From Macrostomum hystrix (taxonomy: Eukaryota; Animalia; Platyhelminthes), in the NCBI GenBank assembly GCA_950097015.1, contig CATNEN010000015.1:1054001-1118000 (forward strand): a stretch of 64,000 bases of DNA, written 5' to 3'. The stretch's first letter is position 1. Each line of letters opens with the position of its first letter. Positions 1-13,085 of the stretch are shown here, in pieces. A program made the translations under genes and the position numbers. The notes under the pieces were generated by a model that was not told the origin of the DNA, made no database searches, and saw only the letters and a list, made by a program, of their open reading frames with translations.

Positions 1-17
1 TCCGATTTTTTAAAGCT

Positions 18-485
18 ACAATGATCCCCCAGTTGACAATGATCCCCCAGTTGACAATGATCCCCCAGTTGACAATGATCCCCCAGTTGACAATGATCCC
101 CCAGTTGACAATGATCCCCCAGTTGACAATGATCCCCCAGTTGACAATGATCCCCCAGTTGACAATGATCCCCCAGTTGACAATGATCCCCCCAGTTGAC
201 AATGATCCCCCAGTTGACAATGATCCCCCAGTTGACAATGATCCCCTAGTTGACAATGATCCCCCAGTTGACAATGATCCCCCCTTGACAATGATCCCCC
301 AGTTGACAATGATCCCCCCTTGACAATGATCCCCCAGTTGACAATGATCCCCCAGTTGACAATGATCCGCCAGTTGACAATGATCCCCCAGTTGACAATG
401 ATCCCCCAGTTGACAATGATCCCCCCTTGACAATGATCCCCCAGTTGACAATGATCCCCCAGTTGACAATGAACCCCCAGTTGAC
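18..485. repeat. 18-bp minisatellite (ACAATGATCCCCCAGTTG)n, ~26 copies, intronic in RasGRF
   Basis: Near-perfect tandem unit read directly. It explains the MIPQLT and GGSLST repeat ORFs at 16-576. Confidence 0.97.
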
Positions 486-698
486 TAACTGAAGCAACTG
501 AAGGGCCATGTATTCTTACAGGCTGAAAACAATGTGCTCCGAAGTTAAATTCCAAGCTCGTATGAAAACTGCTCACAATAACCTGAAAGTTGTGAGTTTG
601 AGCCTCTCAGGTAATGATCAAGGAACTTTGAGCACACCTAAGACACAGAACAATAAACAGAAGCGTGGTATTCAATGTCTATAGTTCAATGTCTATAG

Positions 699-3600
699 AC
701 CCGAATCCAAATCCAACGCACTTCCCTTGCCTAGGTCGGATCCCAAGCTGTTCAAGGACGATGTTGACATCAAGTTCAGCAGAACTCTGAACTCCTGCAA
801 AGTGCCGCAGGTAAGCGATCCCAGACAGGTTTCGCTTAGTGGAATGACAATGGATCTTTAGTACCTGTAGTGAGCTGATTTTCACAAACCAACGAACGCA
901 GATCCGACATGCCACGGTCGAACGACTCCTCGATCGGCTGACCGATCTGCGCTTTCTGTCCATCGACTTTTTGAACACCTTCCTGCTGACCTACCGGATC
1001 TTCACCAGCCCGAAGACTGTCATACTGGCGCTGAAACGCATTCTGAATAATCCGGAGAGTGGGAACCTAGACCCCAGGCCCAGCATCAGCATTCAGAGGT
1101 GAGCCAGCATTCTGAATTAGCTGGGGTAATTAAGGGTAGGTGGGGCAGTCCCCCAGTCCATGGACTGAACAGCCGTACGCAGACTTCAGATGTGCGGCGT
1201 AATAGCTGCGGCTGTGGTGTTGCACATCTGGTCCGATTGGCACGTTTCCAGTCCAAGTGAAAAAGTAAATTTCTACGCTCAGTGCTTCTAAATTTTAGAC
1301 CAAATTAGGCCAACCAATCAGAACTGAAGACAATGAACATTACACAGTAGCTTGCATTCCACATTCATTTTAGCTCCACCGAGTCCGATCAGAACGCCAT
1401 CGGAGCTGTAGGCACCGGAGCTCCAGGCTCTGCTGGCCCAGTCATTGTTGGTGGCGGCGGTGGCGGAGGCGGAGGCGGAGGCGGCGGCAGCGGCAGCTAT
1501 CTTCACGTAAAGCCTCAACTGGACAAGGCGAGGCGAATCAGCACCGGCATGATGCGCCTGGAGATCGCCAGCGAGACCGCAGCCGCCGGCAACAAAACTC
1601 GGGCAGGACAAGCCTCGCCGGCTGCTGCAAAGGTCGCTCCGTCAGCATCGTCTTCGAAGACTGCGTCTGTTGCAGTGGCAGCAGTTGCTGCAGCTTCCGG
1701 CCCACCTGGAGGTCGGCAGCAGCCGGGTGGTCCAGCAGCAGCGGTGATGGCAGCCGCTGTTGCTCCGCATCGCACAGGAAGCCTCGACGCTGGCGCGTGC
1801 GTTCGTCTCGTCAATCAGCGTCCGGGTGAGGCGAAATACAGCAATCCGGCAGCCATGGCGGCAGCTGCAGCGGCTGCGGCGACGGCGGCAGCGGCTGCAA
1901 AGCGCTCAGCCGCAGTGGCTGCCGCTGCTGACGCTGCCGCTGAAGGAGGTGCCGTCGGAGACTCACCGGAGATTCTCTGCGAGCTGTCGGAAATCAGCGA
2001 GCGACGCAAACAGATGATGGAAGCTGCGGCCGCAGCGGCTGTGGCAGCTGCCGAAGAGGCTGCAACGCAAGCGTCAGGAGACAACCGGGCACCCATCGCC
2101 AGCTGCGAGACAGTGCAGGAGGACGCGGCCACCAGCAGCGATGATAGCGACAGCGAGACCACCCCTGCTACTGGCGCTGGTCGGGAAAGGCTGATCGCTA
2201 AGAAGGTAAAGTTTTCTGTTTTCATGAATTTTCCTTGGGACTACTTCAAGCTGAAAACTATCCAAACCATCAAACAGGTTCGCATAGCCGGGGTGACAGA
2301 ATCGGAGGTCCGTGACTCGAGTCCTCCGCCCCTAACCACGGACATTCCCAGCATTCTGCACAATCAGCAGCAGCCGAATCCGCAGATGTCACAGGCGCCA
2401 TTGTCGCCGAAGCCGCAAATTCGGCCGACTCGATTCGAAGCGCCGTCAATGTTCATCCCCGAGTGCAACCTGCTAGACCATCGGTCCCTGTCTCCGGGCA
2501 GCTCCCCACAGCCAGCGAGATCCGCCGCAGCCACCGCTGCCCGTCTGACCGCGGGCAGTCCGCTGCCCTCTCGCAGAGCAGCATCGCCCATTCGCCCACC
2601 GCAATCTCAGCAGCAGCAGCAGCTGGACTCGCCATTGTCGCACAGCGCCAGTTCGCCAACAATCGGTCAGCCGCCCTCGGGGGTTCAATTTGGCGGAGGA
2701 GGCGTGACTGCCAGCGGATCTGGAGCTTCTAGCGGCGCCTATCAGAGCCAAGCCAGTTGGCCCAGGGGCTCCGTGGTGTCATGTGAGTTGGGGTTTGAGA
2801 CGCGTTTGTCATTTTGCTAGCTTTACTATAGCGAAGATAAGTGCTTTCGAAAGAAGGCCATAAAAATAAGCTATTGCCCTCTTAAAGAGTTGAAGTGTTG
2901 GCTCTAAATGCACCGGTCGAAGCTTGAAGTCTTGATCTCGAATCGAGGTCACATTAATTTGGAGCGCAGAGGCGCCTCAAGGCACAGTTCGAGTGTGCTC
3001 TGCCTGATGATGAGAAATGCAGGGCAAATGTTTTCACATCCATGTTGAGAGTATTACTATTATGACCACACATTAATACTCATCAGGGTCGGGCGTTAAG
3101 CGGCCCTCCTACGCGTCAGAGTCAGGCGATCTTCCAGGCCAACACTCGCGCTGCAGCATTGTTACCCGCTCTGACGTGGATTCGCCGCCATGTCGCACCC
3201 GAGCCGGGGCCGTGGTCACGTCGTCCAGAGCTTCGAAGAGACGGTGAGAGTTTCACTGGCACAGGGACGGCCAAACACGCGGGAAGATCAATCTCTTGTT
3301 GAAACATTTACTCCAAGTACCGTTGCAAACCTCATCCAGCTCCAGCAACACAGCAGCCGCGCTCGCCTTCGCCGCGGCCACCGCCGGAGCTGCCAACTCG
3401 CCCAAGATCAGCGCCAGCGAGCGTCAGGGCCGCGCCACAGTCGCCAGCGCCTCGGCTGCTGCGACAGCCGCTGCCGCCGCCGCAGCCGCCGCCGCGGCCA
3501 CCTGCGGGCCAATGTCTGGCGGAATTCTCGACAAACGGCTGAGCATTATCTGCACCGCTGCCACCATGCGAGTGTTGAATGTTGTCCGTCACTGGGTCTA

Positions 3601-6600
3601 CAAGTTCGGGGAAGACATCGAAGCAGACGCCGCGCTGCGCAGCGACATGATCGACCTGCTGGAGGAGCTCGTCTGCAACCAGAGCCTGTTCCCGCCGGAT
3701 CACAAGGCTGCGCTGCAGATTCTGCTGCGCCTGCGAAACGACTCTTTGACTGAGCCGAAGCCCGACCTGGAGGCGCTGCTGACACCAAAGTCCGTGCCAT
3801 CGGCCGAGTGTTTCGATACCCTGTCCGCGCTGGACATTGCTGAGCAGATCACCTACATTGATCACCAGATATTCAGAGCCATTCAAAGCACGTAAGTAAC
3901 GAACTATTTAAATATCTTGCAAAGTAATTCGCAATGCGATCGTGCCAGCTCTTTCTCAGACAAATGTGCATCCATGCTGTTCAGAAGCCTTATCATTTCT
4001 TTAATACACAGCTAGAGGGTGAATAGAGGGTAAACGTGTCTCACTCTCACCAAAGTTCTGAGTATTCAAAGTATTCAAATTTGGGGCGCAGCAGTGGAGA
4101 GATGGCTTTAGGGTTTGCCGTAAGGCGTAAACTTTACTTTTAAGTCAATTGTTTTGCAAGTCCCGACAAATGACCAGCGCTTACTCAGAATGTGAACTTT
4201 ATTTTAATTAGCCTAGTCTGCGACCATTCAACTTCGAGAAAAAATATTGCACTTTATACTTTTAAAGCCGCGATTGATTTCAGTGAGTTCCTCATGCAAG
4301 CCTGGATGAAGCGCGACCGCAATGAAAAGGCGACTCACGTGCACCTGGTCAGCAAGCGCTTCAACGAGGTCAGCAGCCTGGTGATCTCCGAGATCGTGTC
4401 GCGCACAGAAATGTCTGATCGGGTGGCCTGCATGGAGAAATGGGCGGCCATTGCTGATATCTGTCGCTGCCTGCACAACTACAATGGCGTGCTGCAGATC
4501 TGTGCGGCATTCGTGAACTCGGCCGTGTTCCGCCTGAAGAAGACCTGGGAGCGGCTGTCCAAGTCCACCCGCCAGATGATCGAGAAGCTGCAGACTCTCG
4601 TATCGTCAGATGGAAAGTTCAAGAACATGCGCTCAGCACTGCACACGTGAGTTCAGTTTCGTGAGGCCAAGTATTCGTGCACTTTGAAGCGAGAAAAAAG
4701 TACATTTCCCACGCTTGTGCTCAGACCGAACATAAATTAGCAAATTATGAAGCAACATAGCTCGAGAATAACCGTCGTCAAACACCGTCTCTCCTCGACT
4801 CTAATTATCGAGGCAGGATGAGCGCTGAGCACTCACAAAGGTAAACTGGCTGCGCTGCATCTGTAGGTGCGTGAGCTAATATAATCACTAGTTAATATGC
4901 GAGGTGAACATTTCTGTTCCTTAGGCTTCAATCGAATATTTCACGGTTATCAGCATTGACGAATAACCAATTGGCGCTTCACAGCTCCCATCCCAGGCTA
5001 CTGTTGTGAATCTGAACTGACACTGGCACATTGCGGCGGGTGGCTTTAGTGCAAGTTTGAAACTTATACGGCAACTCGAATTCTAATAGATGCCTCAGTG
5101 TTGTATATTTCTATGGCTAAAATACCTATTGATTTTAAATGCCATTTTAGCAGATTGAATTTTCGAAAGTAAAAAGTTTGCCTTAAAGCCCCGCGCGTGC
5201 TCAGAGCCCGCTCATTGCCCCTGCATTAAAAAATAGAATTGTTTTGTTGACGCTTTGGTTTTACGAATCCATATTGTGTAAATTATCGACACTTACATTT
5301 ATATCAGATGTGCCCTAGTTTTTGCATTCTCATTGTAACATGATTAATTTAAGTCAATAAAGCGTGCATTAAACGACAGGAGTATGCATTAAATGCTTTT
5401 GGTCGATAAAATGCTGTCTATAGCAAGACAGATGAAAGATAGCATGCTCCACAATGCATTACTATTGTACGCTGACTGACTGCAGCAAGGACTTATGGTC
5501 GTGAGCGAGTGTCTATGGTAGATTTATGCTAGGCTTCCGAGTGCGTAAATAGTCTTTGCACGAGTGCGCGCAGCGCACGAGTGCCATAGACTATTTACGC
5601 ACTAGGAAGCCTAGCATAAGTGCATTGATTTATGACCAAGTGTGTGTGCGCAAGACCAGCTCCTTCGGCCCATAGACAATACCCGTCTGGGATTTACTGC
5701 AAAGTAGCTCAGAAGAGGGATGGCACGGAGATCAAGTGGAGTATCATTTACCGCACAGTTGCGGAATTTACTGCACACTTCAATCTATTTCTTTGATGGC
5801 CTTTGGGCCATAAACTATACACGAGCTTGAGACGTTTACGCACATTTGGTTATATGTCAATGGTCCTTGCTGCACGACGCTGCTCAAATCGTCAGTTTTT
5901 CTTGCTATGTTTATGTCTATAGCCACTCGTGCACTCAAAACCGACTCACATTAAGTGCTGTGTCCAATGGAGGGAGGGTCCCGTTTGCTTGGCGGCCGTT
6001 TGTAGCGTTGACAAAGAAGGCCGTGAAGAAAGAATCGATGATTCCTAAAGCCCGCAAATAAGGATGAAAATCTTCGAGGCATTTTCACCTCGTACTCTCA
6101 CCTCGCTACCTCGAGTAGGCGGTGTCTGAGGACTGTCTTTTTCAAGACTATCAATCCCGCTAACCTCACCAATGCCATCGATTTAGTCTAGCGACTGCTA
6201 TTAACGCCTCAGTCAGTCTGCATAGCCGTATTTAAGTAGACTACCTTTGCTTAAATTTAGCATATAATCAATTTTCGTTTATACTAGTTGAGTTTTTATA
6301 TGCTTGTCAATTTTAACAAGTTTCCCGTTAATTTATCTGACTCATCGATAATACACATAATACACTGTGGGTGTGGGAAGACATGTCTTCGCTTGCTTAA
6401 CTGGCTGCGGTGGAGAATGCAAAGCCTTAAAAGCAAGGAAGACTTGACGAAAGACACAAAAACAAACAAACTAGCAAATATACGACAAAGACCTCTTGAT
6501 GTCATGCTTTTCTAACGATAAAATCGAATGTTGTCTAATCAACAAATACCCAACTATGTTTCTGAAATGAGAAATTACAATCATTAACTAAGAGATGAAT

Positions 6601-7332
6601 TATAGCTTAAAGCTTTCTTTTTCAGAATGGCCTTAGGGTCCGAGCCAAGTTAGACGCAGCAAATATGTATTTGCTTAGCAGCAACAATGCTGCGGTGAAT
6701 TTATAGCCTTAACTATGCACACATTGTGACAGAGAAGAAATTCACCACTTTAAACTTGCAGCTGCGACCCGCCCTGCATCCCGTACCTGGGCATGTACCT
6801 CACCGACCTGTCCTTCATCGAAGAGGGCACCTCCAATGTCACCGAAGATGGCCTCATTAACTTCTGCAAGATGCGGATGGTAAGCTGGCAACCACTGGTT
6901 CATTGCTTTAAAGATGCCCTGCTACATATAGTAGGGCTGACGTAGATGGCGTAGAAAATTGTACTTAAAAGGGTCGTTTTAATGTTCTAATTTTGTCTGG
7001 TTGCAGATTGCGCACGTGATCCGTGAGATCCAGCAGTATCAGCAGACACCCTACCGAATTGAGTACAATATCAAGGTTTGTGGTCTCTTTCAATTTTTCA
7101 AAAATACCCGTTCACTAACGTGCTGCTAAAATATTCGTTTTTGCATCGAAAATTGAGTTTCTAAAATCTTGCAAAACCTCTGTTTTGCTGCTACCAGGCC
7201 TGCGACTACTTGTTGGACCCAACTCGTCAAATGGACGACGAAGCGACGTACCAGGCCTCTCTACGACTCGAACCCAGGGCCTCGATCTGCCCTGAGACGG
7301 CTCACCAAACTCGCATCAAGCCGCAGCACTGA
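699..7332 (+). CDS. RASGRF1: Ras guanine-nucleotide-releasing factor (RasGRF1/2 homolog), 3' part: split REM domain plus CDC25 GEF domain; 5' end lies outside the window
   Basis: Phase-consistent GT-AG exons: 699 (or 735)-810, 902-1098, 1374-2205, 2278-2782, 3318-3891, 4284-4646, 6762-6879, 7007-7075, 7198-7332 (TGA). Translations [80 protein letters not shown] and [31 protein letters not shown] match hallmark RasGRF motifs as I recall them. Confidence 0.93.
2890..3065 (+). mobile_element. Partial copy (C) of a tRNA-headed SINE-like dispersed repeat, in RasGRF intron 2783-3317
   Basis: CTGCCTGATGATGAGAA (3000-3016) is identical to 52723-52739. It also shares AGGCACA..GAGTGT with copy B and CGAGGTCACATT with copy A, and ends in a TATTACTATTAT tail. 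Confidence 0.6.
5481..5874. mobile_element. MITE-like element with nested inverted repeats, in RasGRF intron 4647-6761
   Basis: 12-bp terminal IR TGCAGCAAGGAC (5481) / GTCCTTGCTGCA (ending 5874). Internal 32-bp stem 5524-5555 pairs with 5588-5619 with one mismatch. No target-site duplication is visible. Confidence 0.55.
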
Positions 7333-7338
7333 GAGCTG

Positions 7339-7560
7339 CTTGAGATCCTAACAATCTTGAGATCCTAACAATCTTGAGATCCTAACAATCTTGAGATCCT
7401 AACAATCTTGAGATCCTAACAATCTTGAGATCCTAACAATCTTGAGATCCTAACAATCTTGAGATCCTAACAATCTTGAGATCCTAACAATCTTGAGATC
7501 CTAACAATCTTGAGATCCTAACAATCTTGAGATCCTAAGATCCTAACAGACTCTAACAAT
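7339..7560. repeat. 17-bp minisatellite (CTTGAGATCCTAACAAT)n, 11 full copies plus decayed tail, starting 7 nt after the RasGRF stop
   Basis: Units start every 17 nt from 7339 to 7526. Confidence 0.95.
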
Positions 7561-9027
7561 GCTAAACCTTGAGTGTAAAATCTTGTCTGGTGCAGTGTGA
7601 TGTCTTGTCCCTAATTCGCACTGTCTGTCTCAGTATCTGATTGTAAATAGCACTAAGCATGGCATTCCTTATTGTCTTTTCTATTTGTAATGCTGCTGCT
7701 CTCTGATACTCCACTGCATTCGTCTCTTACTAGACGTCAGCTAGTTGTTAACCAGTCACTCGTCACATAAGAAGCTGTACTGATGTTGTTCAAAGCATGT
7801 TTCAGTTCTACCTGTCTATTGTCCGTCATTCATGTATCCGTCATTCATCATGTATTCCTCCGATGCTACGCATATGTTTACTCTGAGTGTCAGTTCTGCA
7901 TGTCCGTCTTGACGTCTTGTGATACTAACCGCGATCTAATAGCTTGTCTACTCGAATAGACCTATTTTGTTCTTTTATCTAGCTGTTTCGCAAACCGATT
8001 GCGTCCTGTCGCATTTCCTATATTTAAAACTATATAATTAATTTAATTTCTGTCTGCTCTTTGCCTAAAAAATTCTATTCGTCAACTTTTATAAAAAAAA
8101 TACCATGCCACTGTTAACCCATCCCTGAAGGCAATCTAGTATTTTTCCCAACAGTTTACCAACACAGCAGTCTGGCAGGCATTGTTGTACAAAAGTTTGT
8201 ACACACCGCTCTAGGACATTGCGCCCAGTCTTTTTTAAGGCAAAATAATTATCGATTCTTATTGTCCTTATGATAATCATCAATGATATTTTCCGTGTCA
8301 TATTTTTCCTTGCCGATAATGCAATACTGTGAAGCAATACTGGTCAGTTCCTTGTCTTTTTCTCAGTTTTTACATTGAATCTCCAACTACTTGTCTTAGC
8401 TGTTCCTTTCGTGTTCGCTGTTTTCCTTCGGACTGAAGATACGCCACGCCATCGAGTTTATTCGAGACATGTTGATGTTTGGCAAAAATATATTAACTTT
8501 TGCTGCTTCTCCACAATATCAGGCTGGTTATTGACTTATGTTTTAATGAGCGAGTGTGATACGACACAGGGTGGGTGATGCATAGTACGAGTGCTGTGTG
8601 CATTTTCTACTCAAAGACGACTGAACTTACGAAAATACAGGACTCAACGCTCGAGTCTTATAAAAAAGGGAAAAATTCTGGACTGTACATACATTATGTT
8701 AGGAGTTATGTATATACAACATCCTAGTGTATTATGATACGTTGAGTATTTCTACTCGTATATTGAGTTTTAGTTTATCCATCCTAGTATTACCATAGCG
8801 CTTGTAACAATATTTTTATTTCGTAACGATATATTGGGCCAAACTAGCCTATACCCATTGTACACTTTTGGAGGGGTTTTTTCCCAGCCACCAATGAAGC
8901 CTGATTGTTGCACGCCTTTACTGTCTATGTCCCGAACCCCGCCAGCTCGGATTATTTCGCCCACACTATGCAGGGTCTTACAGCCTTCCCCAAACTGAGC
9001 TCTCTTGCTGCCCTAAGTCAGGCGGTC

Positions 9028-9165
9028 TACTTTTGGACCATAGACATTTCGGGCGTGCACCAATCGACAAAATAATCGATTGCTGCACGCCCCGCGAGAC
9101 CGCTGGCTATATCCGCTCCGTGAGACTGATTGTTGCACGCCCCAACTGTCTGTGGTCCAAAAGTA
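9028..9165. mobile_element. Small palindromic MITE-like element
   Basis: ~38-bp imperfect terminal IRs (TACTTTTGGACCATAGACATTTCGGGCGTGCACCAATC versus the reverse complement of 9126-9165), ending in TA. Partial copies of the same IR occur at ~8852-8918. Confidence 0.5.
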
Positions 9166-10235
9166 TACAATGCCAGCGCTATGCGCCCTCGGTTAAAAAC
9201 ATTGCAGCACTCATAGCCGTTTATTACTATATCATTCGTATATTGGAAGCACAGAGTGCACACTAGCTAGCAAACAATACTGTATGTGTAAATAAGCCCT
9301 GCATGCTGTTTCAGTCCCTGTAAAATAGTATCGTTTATCTACTTCATAGTTTAAAAAATGAAATCGATTTAAAAGTGGCCTTCGTAAGTTTTCCATACAT
9401 TTGCATCTTTTTGCTTTAGTAGTCCTTGTTCCTATATTATTTCTCCGTGAGCGCACCCCAATTTGCACACAGGTACCTGAACCCTTTTAGCAAGGAAAGG
9501 TGTTCTTTCTTGACCATTTTTCCAATTTACCGAAAAAATTCAATAAATGAATGTCAAGCTGTTGAATTAAATTAGTTAAGACATACATAATGTTTGATTT
9601 TGTATTTGGCTGTTAACACACAGCTTATAATTTGCTCAAATTCAGAGCTAATTGAGATAAAATCTAAAATACAAGGGAAATAAGCATAGTCCAAGAACCA
9701 CATGTGCAAATCTTATGCTAATTTTTACACTTAAAGATAGGCTAAATAAGGCAAATCTTCTCTTTAGCCTTCACGGAAGACAAATTAAGGAGCTCAGAAG
9801 AAATGAAAAATGAGGCGCTTACAAAGGCAATTCGAGTGCCGAATGGACTTCGAATTTCCGGTCATAAACAAAGCATTGTACAAATATCTTTCCAGGCTAC
9901 GAGCAAATTACGAATCGCAACATAGTAACGAAAAAATTAATTTTACGAAAATAAGACAGCGAAGCGAACTATTCGATCTAAATAGAAATGTACGCGTCTC
10001 CAAGTCACGCAAAAAATCCACACTTTTTACTTCTTAATCGAAAGGTAAAAAATGGCTTGAAACTGAAAATCAAAAGCGAAAAAAATGACAACGGACAACG
10101 GGAATTCGCTAAAGTAGAATTTAACGTGAGCGTCGGTAATCGGTCAATGAATTCATTTTTGTCGTCAGCATTTTGACAGTCTCTAATCAGTATCTGCACA
10201 GATGCGTAAACCAACTCGTCACTTTTTTAATGGGA

Positions 10236-12966
10236 TCAGTCGAGCTCAAGGAGCTGCGCCGGCACCAGGCCTCGGTGGCCACCGACCTCCGCATTGTACA
10301 TCCCATCGGGTCGCATCGGACCGAAGGTCAGCACATCGTCACCGCGTCGCAGCTCCAACTCGTAGGACGGAAAAGCCGACGGTGATTCGTCGCTGGGACG
10401 ATAGTCCCGTGCCGCGCGGCGCCTTGTGCCCTGCTGCTGCTGCTGCTGAGGCGAGTGCGGCTGGTATTGCGATGGCGAAGGCTGCTGCGCCATCTGGGGT
10501 GACGATGAGGAGCGGTAGGGACTCATGGCCTCACTTGTTCGACGACCGGGGTTCTTCGAGTCCTCTCTACCCGGGCTGCGACCTCTAGCTTCTCCTGCCG
10601 GTATCTCAATCTTCTCGGAAGTTTCCCCATCGTAACCGAAAGTCTGCACGCCTAGTGAGGTGAGAACTCCTAGTGAAGCCTTTGGTATAAGTGACTTGGT
10701 GAGCCGACAGCTGACAACGGTCTGCTCCTCGACTCCGTTGACGAACACGCGATATCCGGCTACGACAACACCACGGTTGCGGTCCAGTGTGTCCAACGAC
10801 GGCGCTTCCCATTCCAGCATGATGCTTCCGTCTCCAAGGACGCGACTGATGCGCACATTCATTGGCGGGTCCAGCATTCGCGGCGGCGGCTGGTTTGCCT
10901 TCGGCTCAAAGTCGGACCGGCTTGGTCTGGCAGCTGTTGGCCTCGACTGAGGTGGCGAGCGGCTTCTCTGGCGCACAGGCTCAGGCTCAGCCGCATTCGG
11001 GCTGTAGGGACTAGAGTAGCGATCATCCGGTGGATAGAATGCCTGCTGAGAAGCCCGGCGAGGCGAAGGATAGTCCATCGATTCGTCCCTCGTTGGTTGC
11101 TGCTGCTTCTGCGCTTGATACTGGGGTCTGATGGTATCGTCGGGTAGTTGCTGGAATTGTGAATCACGACGTGTTGTGTCAAACGGATGCTGACTGCTAG
11201 GGTAGCCGCTTTTGGCAAAGCTTGGATAGTCATTTTCAGGTTTCTGATGCTGTTGCTGCTGATGCTGCATAGCGGCTCGTGGCTCGTAGGCAGCTTTGGG
11301 GGAAGTAGTCGGATCATCGTATGTGGATGAGCGATACGGCGGCTGCTTTTGCGGCTGCTGCTGTTGCTGTTGAGCCAGAAGGGATGGCGATAGTGGCGAT
11401 CGATCTCGAGGCCTATTGTTGCCCTGTGACCTGGCCACAATCTGCTCTGAGAGTGGAGGATCATCTTGGTTAGTGAGATAGTCGATTGGATCGACATAAT
11501 CATCGAGAGTTTTGCGCTGATTCTGATCTGCTTCTTGCAGCAGCTCTCGGGGTAAGCGCTCTCCGCCACCGCGAAGCTCGTTTGCCAGGCGTCGGATCAG
11601 GTCGTCCTTCTCCTTGCACCGCTTTTGCAGACGCTCAATCTTTGGTCGAAGTTTCGCAACAAGCAGCTCGTTCTTAAACTTGTCTCTCTCCAGGTCCTCA
11701 TAGCGCTTCTTGATTTTGTGAAAGTCGGTCTCCAAGTCGCGATAAAAGTCGTTCTCCCTTTCTAATTCATTCAGGACGTCCTTGAGCTTGCCGAGCTCCC
11801 GATGCAGCCCGGCTTCATCTGTCGATTTCTCCCGCAGCACATCCTTGAGTTGCTGAGTCTCAATCAGCAGGTCGCGCCGATCTTTCAGGATCTTGTTCTT
11901 GTCTTTTAGAGCGACCTTCAAATCATGGACTAGCTCCTCGAGCGCTTCCTTGTCTCGCTTAAGTGTCTCCAAGTGAAACACCTTTGCTTCGAGAGCCCTG
12001 ACAGCTTCTCCCATGTAGGCGTTTTCTTCTTCGAGATTCCTGCAGCGCTCACGAAAGTCTGCCAGCTTCTCTACCTGCTCCTTGAGTGCCTTATTCTCGC
12101 GCTCTGCGGTGCGGTAGTGATTATCGGAGACAGCCTTTTCGTTCTCCACGCCAGCTAGGGCGCTTTTAGTTTCTACCAGCTCGCGATTCAGATTCTCGAT
12201 CTGCTCATTCTTCGTTCGCACCTCGCGGTCTTTTCTAGTGACCTGGTTCTGCAGGTTCTTGAGCTCTGATTTAGCTCCTTCGACTTCCAACTCAAGACTC
12301 GCCAGCTCGTCCTTGGTCCGGTCCAATTCCTCGCTGACCGCCTGGAGTCGTTCGGCCTCTTTTAATGCGTTTTTTGCTACGATCACGCGATCCAGATTGT
12401 CGACCTCGGACTGCAGCTGGAAGATTATTCTCTCTTTTTCAGCAATGTCCTCGCCAAGTCTGGCGTTGTCCTCTGTGAGATCGGTAATGATCTTCTCCTG
12501 GTTGGTGATCTGGCGCTCCTTGTCCTTGATGAGATGCCGCAGCATGTATGCGTCGTCGGCAATTTTCAGCTTGCGGTTCATCTCGCGCTCGATGTAACGG
12601 TTGGTATCGAGCTCGCGACTCTGCGCTCGATTCTCCGCCTTCAGATCGTCCAGCTCGGACTCCGTGTGATGACGTCTCGCTGCCTGAGAGGCGTAGATGT
12701 CGCCATTATCTAGTGCTCCGTTGTGATGTTTCAGCTGCGTATCAAGCCAAGGCGACGTTATGGAATGAGTCATTCCATTGGGATCTTCATCCCTAAGTGC
12801 GGAATTCTTTAGCCGCTGAGGGTTCTGATGGTGATGGTGGGGGCCAGGGCCGGATTCGTTCTCCTCCTGCACCGGCGTGGGCCGTTCACGAAATGAAGGC
12901 TTCTTCGGTACTGGCGGGGGCTGACGCTGCACCGGTTGCTGCTTCGCATGCGGTGGTTGCTGCATG

Positions 12967-12998
<32 letters not shown>

Positions 12999-13085
12999 GG
13001 GCAGCTGATGTTGCTGTTGCTGCTGCTGCTGTTGCTGCTGGAACTGGCCATAGCTCACAGGCCTTGGATTGTGGTGACTGGCCAT
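10236..13085 (-). CDS. RIM-binding-protein-like protein: Q-rich N-terminus, long coiled coil, one FN3, C-terminal SH3; single exon, ~949 aa from the first ATG
   Basis: The uninterrupted ORF begins at TTG 13172 in the track, with the first in-frame ATG at 13085. FN3 segment: PPMNVRISRVLGDGSIMLEWEAP..VAGYRVFVNG. SH3 segment: ARDYRPSDESPSAFPSYELELRRGDDVLTFGPMRPDGMYNAEVGGHRGLVPAQLL, resembling the RIM-BP C-terminal SH3. Orthology is not established, so no symbol is given. Confidence 0.8.

Noticed and set aside
16-576. Repeat-protein ORFs (MIPQLT, GGSLST, NWGIIV)
   Set aside because: These are translations of an 18-bp intronic minisatellite that is open in several frames.
2995-3030. Hammerhead ribozyme or C/D snoRNA at CTGATGATGAGAAA (also at 52723)
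   Set aside because: There is no room for stem II, I could not build stems I and III, and no suitably placed box D with a terminal stem exists. Copy A has CTGACGA. It is better explained as a SINE core.
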